A DNA stretch of 62,792 bases, the filler included. It is 6 parts of 6 records of this genome, joined end to end, with 100 filler letters (N's around TTAATTAATTAA, not from the genome) between each part and the next. Parts side by side here need not be neighbours in the genome. Positions count along the whole stretch, not along the records: positions 25,831 to 35,983 come from SRR20825019_2890; positions 36,084 to 42,172 come from SRR20825019_2893; 4 more parts are not named here. The stretch is one strand, 5' to 3'. This document shows, in pieces, positions 32,623-40,551 of this stretch; the stretch's first letter is position 1, and each line of letters opens with the position of its first letter. The translations under genes were made by a program, and so were the position numbers. The notes under the pieces are model-generated. The model saw only the letters and a list, made by a program, of their open reading frames with translations, searched no databases and had not been told where the DNA came from.

Positions 32623-34071
32623 ATGAGTTTTGATGACGTTTATGAAAAAGAACTGTCCTTTCAAACTGACCGCAGGAAAGCCTCAGTAGAATTTATTAAA
32701 ATCATTAGCGACCTTTGGTACGACAAGTCCATTGAATTGGTACTTTTCCGTAACCAACTTATCGACCGCAATGTGAGTGAAATTTTAAACCTTCACGAAT
32801 ATGCTGGCGAATTCGTACAAAAGCCTATCTCAATCTTCGATTCTGTTGAAATTGCACAGGCTATCAAAACTCTGGATCTTCCTCCAGCAAAACTAGACAT
32901 TGGTAAACTTACCTATGAGTTTCACTTGGAAGACGATAAATATTCAAACGCATTAGCATTTGTTTCAGATAAATTAAAAGAAGCTAAAGAAACCAAAAGC
33001 CTAGTACCAAAAGATGTAGTTCTTTATGGTTTTGGACGTATTGGCCGTTTGTTGGCTCGTGAACTTATGACTAGAACTGGCCAAGGAAACCAACTTCGCC
33101 TTCGTGCAATTGTAGTACGTGGAAAGATGGATCAAACCGTTTTAGACAAAAGAGCTTCCTTGCTTCAAAATGATTCTGTACACGGAGATTTTCCTGGAAC
33201 TGTTCGCACAGACCTTGAAAACAGTGCTTTAATTATTAATGGAACTACGGTTCATATTATTTCAGCAAACAATCCGGAAGAAATTGATTATACTAAATAC
33301 GGTATCGAAGATGCTTTGGTAATTGATAATACGGGTGCTTTCCGTGATGATAAAGAGTTAAGCAGACACTTAAAAGCCAAAGGTGCTTCAAAAGTATTGC
33401 TTACTGCTCCTGGAAAAGGAGTGCCAAACATCGTGCACGGTGTAAACCAAAACGAATACGACCCAAATACGGTCGATATTTTTTCTGCAGCTTCGTGTAC
33501 TACAAACGCCATCACTCCTATTCTGAAAGCTGTTGAAGATTCATTCGGTGTGGTTCGTGGACATTTGGAAACAATTCACGCATATACAAACGACCAGAAT
33601 TTGGTAGATAATATGCACAGCAAATACCGTCGTGGTCGTGCTGCAGCATTAAATATGGTAATTACAGAAACTGGCGCTGGAAGTGCTGTTGCAAAAGCAT
33701 TGCCTGTTTTGGCTGGCAAACTTACTAGCAACGCGATTCGTGTTCCGGTTCCAAACGGGTCTTTGGTAGTTTTAAATCTTGAATTTGCAACCCCAACTAC
33801 GGTAGATGGAATTAACGCTACAATGAAAAAATATGCATTGGAAGGCGATTTAGTAGAACAAATTAAATACTCTATGAGCAACGAGCTTGTTTCTAGCGAT
33901 ATTGTTGGTTCTTCTGCCCCTTCTATTTACGACAGTAATGCAACTATTGTAACTGAAGACGGTAAAAACGTAGTGCTTTATGTATGGTATGATAACGAAT
34001 ATGGCTATAGCCACCAAGTAATTCGTTTGGCAAAATACATTGCACAGGTTAGAAGGTTTACTTATTATTAG
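32623..34071 (+). CDS. gap: Glyceraldehyde-3-phosphate dehydrogenase, long form with ~130-aa N-terminal extension
   Basis: GFGRIGR, ASCTTN, HAYTNDQ, WYDNEYGYS. Confidence 0.93.
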   Translation: MSFDDVYEKELSFQTDRRKASVEFIKIISDLWYDKSIELVLFRNQLIDRNVSEILNLHEYAGEFVQKPISIFDSVEIAQAIKTLDLPPAKLDIGKLTYEFHLEDDKYSNALAFVSDKLKEAKETKSLVPKDVVLYGFGRIGRLLARELMTRTGQGNQLRLRAIVVRGKMDQTVLDKRASLLQNDSVHGDFPGTVRTDLENSALIINGTTVHIISANNPEEIDYTKYGIEDALVIDNTGAFRDDKELSRHLKAKGASKVLLTAPGKGVPNIVHGVNQNEYDPNTVDIFSAASCTTNAITPILKAVEDSFGVVRGHLETIHAYTNDQNLVDNMHSKYRRGRAAALNMVITETGAGSAVAKALPVLAGKLTSNAIRVPVPNGSLVVLNLEFATPTTVDGINATMKKYALEGDLVEQIKYSMSNELVSSDIVGSSAPSIYDSNATIVTEDGKNVVLYVWYDNEYGYSHQVIRLAKYIAQVRRFTYY

Positions 34072-34074
34072 TAG
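34045..34074 (+). repeat. Left copy of 30-bp exact direct repeat (gap 3' end)
   Basis: CAGGTTAGAAGGTTTACTTATTATTAGTAG, identical at 35736-35765. Confidence 0.97.
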
Positions 34075-34091
34075 TAACCACCTATACATAC

Positions 34092-34125
34092 AAAATCCCG
34101 CTCTGAAAATAGCGGGATTTTTTTT
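34092..34125 (+). terminator. gap intrinsic terminator
   Basis: aaaatcccgct...agcgggatttttttt. Confidence 0.88.
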
Positions 34126-34422
34126 ATTCTGTTTTGTGTATTGGTAGTGGATTTGTGTTTGAACACGGTACTTTCATTAATGCTTTTTCCGAGTTTGTTT
34201 AGAAATTTTAATCCACGAATGTTTCTCGAATAATATCTTTACATTTTTGGATTTCCGATTTAGATAGTCGGGGATATTCCTTTATTATTCTTGATTTGTC
34301 TATTGTTCGAATTTGGTCGATAGTTTTTAAACCGTGATCTCCACTTTCATCAAGAAACAAAAAATATTTCAAATTATTGTTTTTCAGTTACTTAATCATC
34401 CAAATATAACATAAAAACCCAA

Positions 34423-34782
34423 CTATTTCCGCACCACTGCCCTAAGCTCTTCTAGCTTGGCATTCGTTAACTTTGCTTCCTGCTCCAGCGCAGCAATACG
34501 CTCCTGAAACGGCAGGGTAGTGTCTGGGGCATTGGTGGTAAAATCTGCTGGCAGCTGGGCGGCGAGGTCTTTAAAAAAGTTGTGTTTTAGGGCGGTGCTT
34601 AGTTCCCAGAGTAAGGCTGTTTGCAGTGTGGGCTGTTTTAGGTAATACTCAATGGTGGAAGGTTGGCGCTCCATATAACGGGACAGCGAACTTCTATAAA
34701 CGCTATGCTTTATAATATGGTCTTTAAGCAATTTTCCCAAATGGGGCGAGGTGTTCTTTTGGAGGTATTTTGTTTTCATCAT
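34423..34782 (-). CDS. XRE-like helix-turn-helix protein with C-terminal coiled coil
   Basis: HLGKLL...SSLSRYMERQPSTIEYYL...LLWELSTALKHNFF pattern typical of Bacteroidota XRE-like proteins; ERIAALEQEAKLTNAKLEEL heptads. Confidence 0.65.
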   Translation of the reverse strand: MMKTKYLQKNTSPHLGKLLKDHIIKHSVYRSSLSRYMERQPSTIEYYLKQPTLQTALLWELSTALKHNFFKDLAAQLPADFTTNAPDTTLPFQERIAALEQEAKLTNAKLEELRAVVRK

Positions 34783-34789
34783 TATAGAA

Positions 34790-35020
34790 TTTAATTAGAC
34801 TGTTATGATATTTAATTAGACTATTATCCTGTTTTATTAGATTGGTATACTATTAAATTTAATTACGATGCTATTTTATGAGACTACGCTCCTATTTTAT
34901 TAGATTAATTTAGTATTAAATTAGAGCTATACACTATAGTATGAGACAACTATTAAATTTTAGTAGACAACTAGTTAGTTTAATTTGACTGTTATATTAT
35001 TTTATTAGACAGCTGCCTAA
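34790..35020. repeat. Array of 11 degenerate 21-bp tandem repeats, core TTTWATTAGAC
   Basis: Units start at 34790, 34811, 34832, 34853, 34874, 34895, 34916, 34937, 34958, 34979 and 35000 with no indels; stops in all six frames. Confidence 0.9.
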
Positions 35021-35024
35021 TATT

Positions 35025-35055
35025 CTAAAAAATACAGGTATTGCTACCTGTATTT
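35025..35055 (-). terminator. Intrinsic terminator of the 162-aa gene
   Basis: Minus strand AAATACAGGTA-GCAA-TACCTGTATTT followed by further T's, 8 nt after the stop. Confidence 0.85.
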
Positions 35056-35063
35056 CCTAAACC

Positions 35064-35552
35064 CTATCCCTCCATTGGTGGCGCGGGGTTTCTGCCTCCT
35101 TGCCCCGCAAAACGCACCTTAAGCCTATCAAAACTTGCCTGTGCGCCGGGTACGCCTGTGCGCGCCATAACTTCAAGCAGGCCGTAGGCTCCCGTGGCCA
35201 TGCCATAGGCTTCGTGACCCGCAAGGCGCTTTACGTCTTCAAGCCGCTGTAGCATATCCATCATACGGCTTATAATGGTTTCTACCTGTTCAAAAAGCTG
35301 AAGGTCGTTTGCCAAAAACTCCAAATTGTAGGTGGCGTTAACGGCTAGATTGGGGTTGGTGTTCATCTCGTCTAGCATCTCTTCTGCAAATACCTTGTTA
35401 TCTACACTTATAGCGTTTAGGTTACGGCGTTGCTCATCGTTAAGCGTAGCGTCTGGAAAAGCAGCGGCCGCAGTGTTTAAGGCATTCATAATTTCGGTAA
35501 CTTCCAGATCTGCAAGGGTCTGGTTTAGTAAGTTTTGGTTTGTGTTGCTCAT
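35064..35552 (-). CDS. Hypothetical all-helical protein (Bacteroidota uncharacterised family)
   Basis: Clean 162-aa ORF with own terminator; L..EQRRNL...DL..FEQ...LED...LAG.EAY..A...Y...GVPGAQ..FD.LK.RF pattern. Confidence 0.8.
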   Translation of the reverse strand: MSNTNQNLLNQTLADLEVTEIMNALNTAAAAFPDATLNDEQRRNLNAISVDNKVFAEEMLDEMNTNPNLAVNATYNLEFLANDLQLFEQVETIISRMMDMLQRLEDVKRLAGHEAYGMATGAYGLLEVMARTGVPGAQASFDRLKVRFAGQGGRNPAPPMEG

Positions 35553-35662
35553 TGGTTAAAATTTTAAGGGTTACTTTCTAACAAGGTTTATAAAAAAAAC
35601 AATAGCAAACAAGAGGGAAATCCCCCATTTTCACTGTGGTTGTTTTCCTACTTTTTTAAAAA

Positions 35663-35765
35663 GGATCTTTGGTAGTTTCAAACCTTGAATTTGCAACAAC
35701 TACATCGTGTAACTCGTTTGGCGACATATAGTGCCCAGGTTAGAAGGTTTACTTATTATTAGTAG
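35663..35765 (+). pseudogene. gap: Internally deleted relic of the gap 3' end
   Basis: 35663-35697 matches 33757-33791 (32/35); 35703-35735 matches 34012-34044 (24/33); 35736-35765 = 34045-34074 (30/30). Confidence 0.9.
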
Positions 35766-35859
35766 AAATAGCCCTTCTTATTTTATCAAAAAAATCCTGT
35801 TGCTTTAGTAACCAGATTTTTTATATTTGAACAATTAAAACTTTAACATTTCTTTAATA

Positions 35860-35983
35860 ATGTGCACCTCACAAAAATATCGGTTTTCAATTTTACTTTT
35901 TGTTTCATTTTTTATACTCACTTCTTGTTCAAAAGACGGCGATGATCCAACTACGCCAGAAGTAACGGTTACAGTTTCCACAG
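35860..35983 (+). CDS. Lipoprotein N-terminus (truncated by gap)
   Basis: MCTSQKYRFSILLFVSFFILTS-CSKDGDD lipobox with acidic export-like signal; TATATTTG promoter element upstream. Confidence 0.7.
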
Positions 35984-36084
35984 NNNNNNNNNNNNNNNNN
36001 NNNNNNNNNNNNNNNNNNNNNNNNNNNTTAATTAATTAANNNNNNNNNNNNNNNNNNNNNNNNNNNNNNNNNNNNNNNNNNNNC

Positions 36085-36963
36085 AGCTATTTCGGCAATC
36101 GCAACGAAGCGCATATGATCTATAACTTCTCGGCGCCGCCATTGATCCTGCATGCGCTTTTGAACGGCACCTCGCAGTTTCTGAATGCCTGGCAGATGGC
36201 GATGCCGCCGGCTCAGATGGGCTGCGCCTATTTCAATTTCACCGCCTCCCATGACGGCATCGGGCTGCGACCGGCCGAAAGCCTGCTGTCCGAAGAGGCG
36301 ATCACCGGCATGGTCGAGGCGATCCAGAGTTTCGGCGGCCGCGTGTCGATGCGCCAGCTCTCCGACGGCACGATGCGACCCTACGAGATGAACGTGTCGC
36401 TGTTCGACGCGCTGAAGGGCACGGTCAGGGGCGAGGACGAGCACAATATTTCCCGGTTCCTGTGCAGCCAGACAATCGCGATGGCGCTGGAAGGCATCCC
36501 GGCTTTCTACATCCACTCGTTGCTGGCCACCGGAAACGATGCCGAGGGCGTCGAGAAATCCGGCCATAACCGCGCCATCAATCGCCACCGCTGGAATTAC
36601 GAAAAGTTGCAGGAGGCGCTGGCCGACGAGACCACGCAGCATGCCAGGGTCTTCAACGCGATGTGCCGGCTGATCGGCATCCGCACCCAGCAGCCGGCCT
36701 TCCATCCGAACGCGACGCAGTTCACCCTGCATCTCGGCGAGAAACTGTTCGGCTTCTGGCGCCAGAGCGTCGATCGTTCGCAAAGCGTGTTCGCGATCAA
36801 CAACGTCACCGACGAGGTGCTGGAAATCCCGCCAATGTCGCTCAATCTCATCGGCGGCGAGAACTGGGTCGATCTGATCACCGGCGATGAGATCACGGCC
36901 GGCGGCAACAAGATCTCTTTCGCGCCCTATCAGTGCCGGTGGATTTCGAACAGGTTTCAGTAA
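36085..36963 (+). CDS. GH13_18 sucrose-phosphorylase-family sugar phosphorylase, C-terminal part
   Basis: SYFGNRNEAHMIYNF, FNFTASHDGIGLRP, PYEMN, GIPAFYIHSL, NRAINR. Confidence 0.9.
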   Translation, partial: SYFGNRNEAHMIYNFSAPPLILHALLNGTSQFLNAWQMAMPPAQMGCAYFNFTASHDGIGLRPAESLLSEEAITGMVEAIQSFGGRVSMRQLSDGTMRPYEMNVSLFDALKGTVRGEDEHNISRFLCSQTIAMALEGIPAFYIHSLLATGNDAEGVEKSGHNRAINRHRWNYEKLQEALADETTQHARVFNAMCRLIGIRTQQPAFHPNATQFTLHLGEKLFGFWRQSVDRSQSVFAINNVTDEVLEIPPMSLNLIGGENWVDLITGDEITAGGNKISFAPYQCRWISNRFQ

Positions 36964-37109
36964 GGTTGCGCGTGTTCAAGACGGCCCGCCGTCGCCGGGG
37001 TACGCAACCGGGCGCTCATGTCGCAGCCTGCGATGAATTAGCCTCTTGCGCCTTTGCCCATCAATCATCAACTTGAAATCACACGTCGTTTTTTCGAGGA
37101 GACACGTTC

Positions 37110-38003
37110 ATGATACCGCCCTTGCCCTTCGAACCCGAACCCGGTCTGAAACCGGAGGTTCACGGCTTTTTCGACAAGGCCACCAACACGATTTCCTATA
37201 TCGTGAAAGACCCGGTTTCCGATGCCTGCGCGGTCATCGACAGCGTCATGGATTTCGACCACGCGGCCGGCCGTATCACCTATGAAAGCGCGGACCGGCT
37301 GATCGAGACGATCCGCGACAATGGCTGGCGTCTGGAATGGATCATCGAGACCCATGTTCACGCCGATCATCTGTCCGGCGCGCCCTATATCGAGCAGCAA
37401 CTCGGCGGCAAGCTCGGCATCGGCGAGAACATCACCATCGTTCAGGACACGTTCGGCAAGGTTTTCAACGAGGGAACCGAATTCCAGCGTGACGGCTCCC
37501 AGTTCGACAGGCTGTTTGGCGATGGCGACAGCTATCGGATCGGGACGATGACGGCCCATGTCATGCATACGCCCGGCCATACGCCGGCCTGCATGACCCA
37601 TGTGATCGGCGATGCCGCTTTCGTCGGCGACACGCTGTTCATGCCGGACGGCGGTTCGGCGCGGGCCGATTTCCCCGGCGGCGACGCGCGCACGCTCTAC
37701 CGCTCCAGCAAGCGTGTTCTGCAATTGCCGCCTGAGACGCGGCTGTTCATCTGCCATGATTATGGGCCGAACGGTCGCGACATCGCCTGGGAAACCACGG
37801 TCGGTTCGGAGCGCCAGCACAACATCCATCTCAAGGATGGCGTCAGCGAGGATGAATTCGTGAAAATGCGCGAGGAGCGCGATGCCACGCTTTCCATGCC
37901 GCGGCTGATCCTGCCGTCGCTGCAGGTCAACATGCGCGCGGGCGAAATACCGAAGGACCATGACGGCCGGCCGATGCTGAAACTGCCGATCAACGCTCTT
38001 TGA
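37110..38003 (+). CDS. MBL-fold metallo-hydrolase (Blh / persulfide dioxygenase-like)
   Basis: ETHVHADHLS, TPGHTPAC, GDTLF, ARADFPGG, CHDY, LPSLQVNMRAG. Confidence 0.9.
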   Translation: MIPPLPFEPEPGLKPEVHGFFDKATNTISYIVKDPVSDACAVIDSVMDFDHAAGRITYESADRLIETIRDNGWRLEWIIETHVHADHLSGAPYIEQQLGGKLGIGENITIVQDTFGKVFNEGTEFQRDGSQFDRLFGDGDSYRIGTMTAHVMHTPGHTPACMTHVIGDAAFVGDTLFMPDGGSARADFPGGDARTLYRSSKRVLQLPPETRLFICHDYGPNGRDIAWETTVGSERQHNIHLKDGVSEDEFVKMREERDATLSMPRLILPSLQVNMRAGEIPKDHDGRPMLKLPINAL

Positions 38004-38033
38004 GGTTTCGCGGAGCGGGCTGCGGCGCGGCGT

Positions 38034-38801
38034 TCACCGCGCCGGTTTGCGCGCGTAGAAAATCGTCTCGAAGCGCGCGCCGAGCCCGTCATAGAGCAGC
38101 AGCCGGCCGATCAGCGGTTCGCCGGCTCCGGTAATCAGCTTGATCGCCTCCATCGCCATCAGCGTGCCGATGACGCCGGTAACGGGCCCGATTACCCCGG
38201 CCTCGGCGCAGGAGGGCACCAGGCCCGCCGGCGGGGGCTTCGGATAGAGATCGCTATAGCGCGGGTTGGCCGCGCCGTCCTTGCCGGCTTCATGGGGTTT
38301 CAGCACCGTCAGCGAACCATCGAAGCGGCCGACCGCGCCGGTGACCAGCGGAATTTTCGCCCGCTCCGCCGCATCGGCCGCGCGGTAGCGAGTGTCGAAA
38401 TTGTCGGAGCCGTCGATCAGAAGGTCGAATCCCTTCAGCACATCATCGACATTGCCGTCGTCGAGACGTTCGTCATAACGACGGCTGATCACATGCGGAT
38501 TGATGCGGGCGATCGCGCGGGCAGCGCTTTCCGTTTTCTTCTCGCCGATCGTGCCGCTGTCATGAATGACCTGGCGCTGCAGGTTGGAGAGGCTGACACC
38601 GTCATCATCGGCGATGCCGAGCGTACCGACGCCGGCCGCCGCCAGATAGGCCAGCACCGGGGAGCCGAGCCCGCCCGCGCCGATCACCAGCACCCGGGCG
38701 CGCTTCAGCGCCTGCTGGCCCGCCCCGCCGATCTCCGGCAGCACGATATGGCGGGCATAACGTTCGATCTCGTCGGAAGAAAAGGGTTCACTGTCGCTCA
38801 T
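38034..38801 (-). CDS. moeB: Molybdopterin-synthase adenylyltransferase MoeB / ThiF family
   Basis: RYARHIVL, GAGGLGSP, SNLQRQ, DGSDNF, SCAEAGV; start MSDSEPF at 38801. Confidence 0.9.
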   Translation of the reverse strand: MSDSEPFSSDEIERYARHIVLPEIGGAGQQALKRARVLVIGAGGLGSPVLAYLAAAGVGTLGIADDDGVSLSNLQRQVIHDSGTIGEKKTESAARAIARINPHVISRRYDERLDDGNVDDVLKGFDLLIDGSDNFDTRYRAADAAERAKIPLVTGAVGRFDGSLTVLKPHEAGKDGAANPRYSDLYPKPPPAGLVPSCAEAGVIGPVTGVIGTLMAMEAIKLITGAGEPLIGRLLLYDGLGARFETIFYARKPAR

Positions 38802-38867
38802 CGCCGCACTATAGCAGGGGCGGCAAGAACGGATAGCGCCGATCCCGCAAACGTGGTGGAAAATCCC

Positions 38868-39071
38868 ATGAGTGACGACCGTATCATGCAGTTGGAAGAG
38901 ACTGTCGCCTATCAGGCGAAAACCATCGACGAGTTGTCGGAACAGCTTGCCGCGCAATGGACAGAAATCGACCGGCTGAAAAAGCGGTTCGAGGTTCTGA
39001 CCGAGCGGTTCCTGACGCTGGAGGAGACCGCCGGCGAGCGCCCGGCGATCACAAAACCACCGCACTACTGA
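38868..39071 (+). CDS. slyX: SlyX family protein
   Basis: MSDDRIMQLEETVAYQAKTIDELS...KPPHY. Confidence 0.9.
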   Translation: MSDDRIMQLEETVAYQAKTIDELSEQLAAQWTEIDRLKKRFEVLTERFLTLEETAGERPAITKPPHY

Positions 39072-40198
39072 GGCTTTTCCTCGGTAACGCTGCCGCCGGC
39101 AACGTCGAAGAACTGGCCGCGTTCGCCCAGCGCATCAAACAGCGCCCGGTCCGTGCCGGTCATGAAGGCCTGACCGCCGATATCGTCGATCCGTTCGAAC
39201 AGCGCCGCGCGCCGGCCGGCATCGAGATGGGCGGCGACCTCATCGAACAGCATGATCGGCGGATGGCCGCTGATACGGCGGGTGAGTTGCGCATGGGCAA
39301 GCACCAGCCCGATCAGGAGCGCCTTCTGTTCCCCGGTCGAACAGAGCGCCGCCTCCATCGCCTTTGCCGCATGGCGCACCTCCAGATCGCTGCGGTGCGG
39401 CCCGTCGAGCGTGCGCCCTGCGCCGGCATCGCGAAACCGCTCCTCCTCCAGAGCCGCGCGGTAACGGTCCTCGAGGTCGATCGCCGGCGCTTCGGCGTGA
39501 TCGGCGAAGAAACCGGTGAGCGTGATATCCGGTGCGGGAAACGGCGATCCGCCGGCGGTCCCGGCGATCAGCGCAGAGAGCAGCGTCACCAGTTCGCGCC
39601 GCGCCAGCGCCATCGCCACGCCGAGGCTCGCCATCTGCTGTTCCAGCCCGGAAAGCCAGGCAGGCTCCAGCCGGCGTTCGGAAAGCAGGCGGTTGCGGGA
39701 ACGCATGGCGCGCTCGAAATCGGCGACGCGGCGACCATGGGCGGGGTCGATGGACAGCACCATACGGTCAACGAACCGGCGGCGGTCGGAGGCCGATCCG
39801 GTGAACAGCCCGTCCATTGCCGGGGTCAGCCAGATCACGCGGGCATGGTCGAGAAGCTCGTCGCCAGATGCCGCCGGCGTGCCGTTGATGCGCACCTTCC
39901 GGCCCGCGCCCTCCGCGCCGTCGGTGCCCGTACCGATGGCGACGGACCCTTCCATGCCCTCAAGCTCGGCGAAAACGGAAAACCCGGCCGTGGCCTCCTT
40001 GCGCACCACCTGCCCATAGGCCGCGCGCCGCAACCCCCTGCCGGGCGAGAGAAACGAAACCGCTTCCATCAGATTGGTCTTGCCCGACCCGTTGTCCCCG
40101 GTCAGCACAACATGCCGCCCATCAAAGACAAGCGCTGCCTTTTCGTAATTGCGAAAATCCGTGAGTTTCAGCGCTGTGAGGAAGATCGAGGGCAGCAT
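39065..40198 (-). CDS. recF: DNA replication/repair protein RecF
   Basis: DFRNY, GDNGSGKTN, DRRRFVD, GPHRSDL, STGEQK, FDEVAAHLD. Confidence 0.96.
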   Translation of the reverse strand: MLPSIFLTALKLTDFRNYEKAALVFDGRHVVLTGDNGSGKTNLMEAVSFLSPGRGLRRAAYGQVVRKEATAGFSVFAELEGMEGSVAIGTGTDGAEGAGRKVRINGTPAASGDELLDHARVIWLTPAMDGLFTGSASDRRRFVDRMVLSIDPAHGRRVADFERAMRSRNRLLSERRLEPAWLSGLEQQMASLGVAMALARRELVTLLSALIAGTAGGSPFPAPDITLTGFFADHAEAPAIDLEDRYRAALEEERFRDAGAGRTLDGPHRSDLEVRHAAKAMEAALCSTGEQKALLIGLVLAHAQLTRRISGHPPIMLFDEVAAHLDAGRRAALFERIDDIGGQAFMTGTDRALFDALGERGQFFDVAGGSVTEEKPQ

Positions 40199-40355
40199 GG
40201 CACCGGGCGTTCGGTTCAAATCAGTCCGCTTCTTATGCGGCAAAACCGGGCGGGGTGAAAGGCTGTTGAGACACTTGCGCCGCTGGCAGCTTGCCGGCAT
40301 CCTCGAAGTTCGGCCACGCGACGCCGGCCTTTCGTCTCGCGCCGCCGTCTCAGTT

Positions 40356-40478
40356 TTCCGTCATCCCGGCCCTGAGCCGGGATCCAGGGCCATGCGACTT
40401 GCGCCTCGGTTGTCGATATCAGCCGGAAACGCCTTGCCAGACTGCCCTGGACGCCAGGTCAAGCCCGGCGTGACGGAA
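40356..40478. repeat. Alphaproteobacterial REP/RIME-like palindromic element
   Basis: 35-bp imperfect terminal inverted repeats TTCCGTCATCCCGGCCCTGAGCCGGGATCCAGGGC / GCCCTGGACGCCAGGTCAAGCCCGGCGTGACGGAA, each arm itself a hairpin. Confidence 0.8.
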
Positions 40479-40551
40479 GGGAGCGCTGCACAAGCAAAAA
40501 GGCGCCGGGAAAACCCGACGCCCTGAAATGCACCTGCCGCTTTGGCACGCC

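Larger units (their letters stand above)
34075..35662. mobile_element. Putative ~1.6-kb inserted cassette at the gap 3' end, no integrase
   Basis: Lies between gap and a decayed duplicate of the gap 3' end; its two ORFs look more GC-rich than the flanks. Confidence 0.6.

Noticed and set aside
32623-33010. GAPDH N-terminal extension as a novel fusion
   Set aside because: The ~480-aa long-form GAPDH is a known, widespread type
34140-34420. Second repeat array or small ORF in the left part of the cassette
   Set aside because: Scattered TCGA/CCGA words but no consistent period and no ORF of 60 aa or more
34790-35020. CRISPR array
   Set aside because: Period is only 21 bp with a degenerate 11-bp core and 10-bp variable part; too short for repeat-spacer units and no cas genes
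34783-35063. Heptad-repeat coiled-coil ORF in the array
   Set aside because: Manual translation shows multiple stops in all six frames
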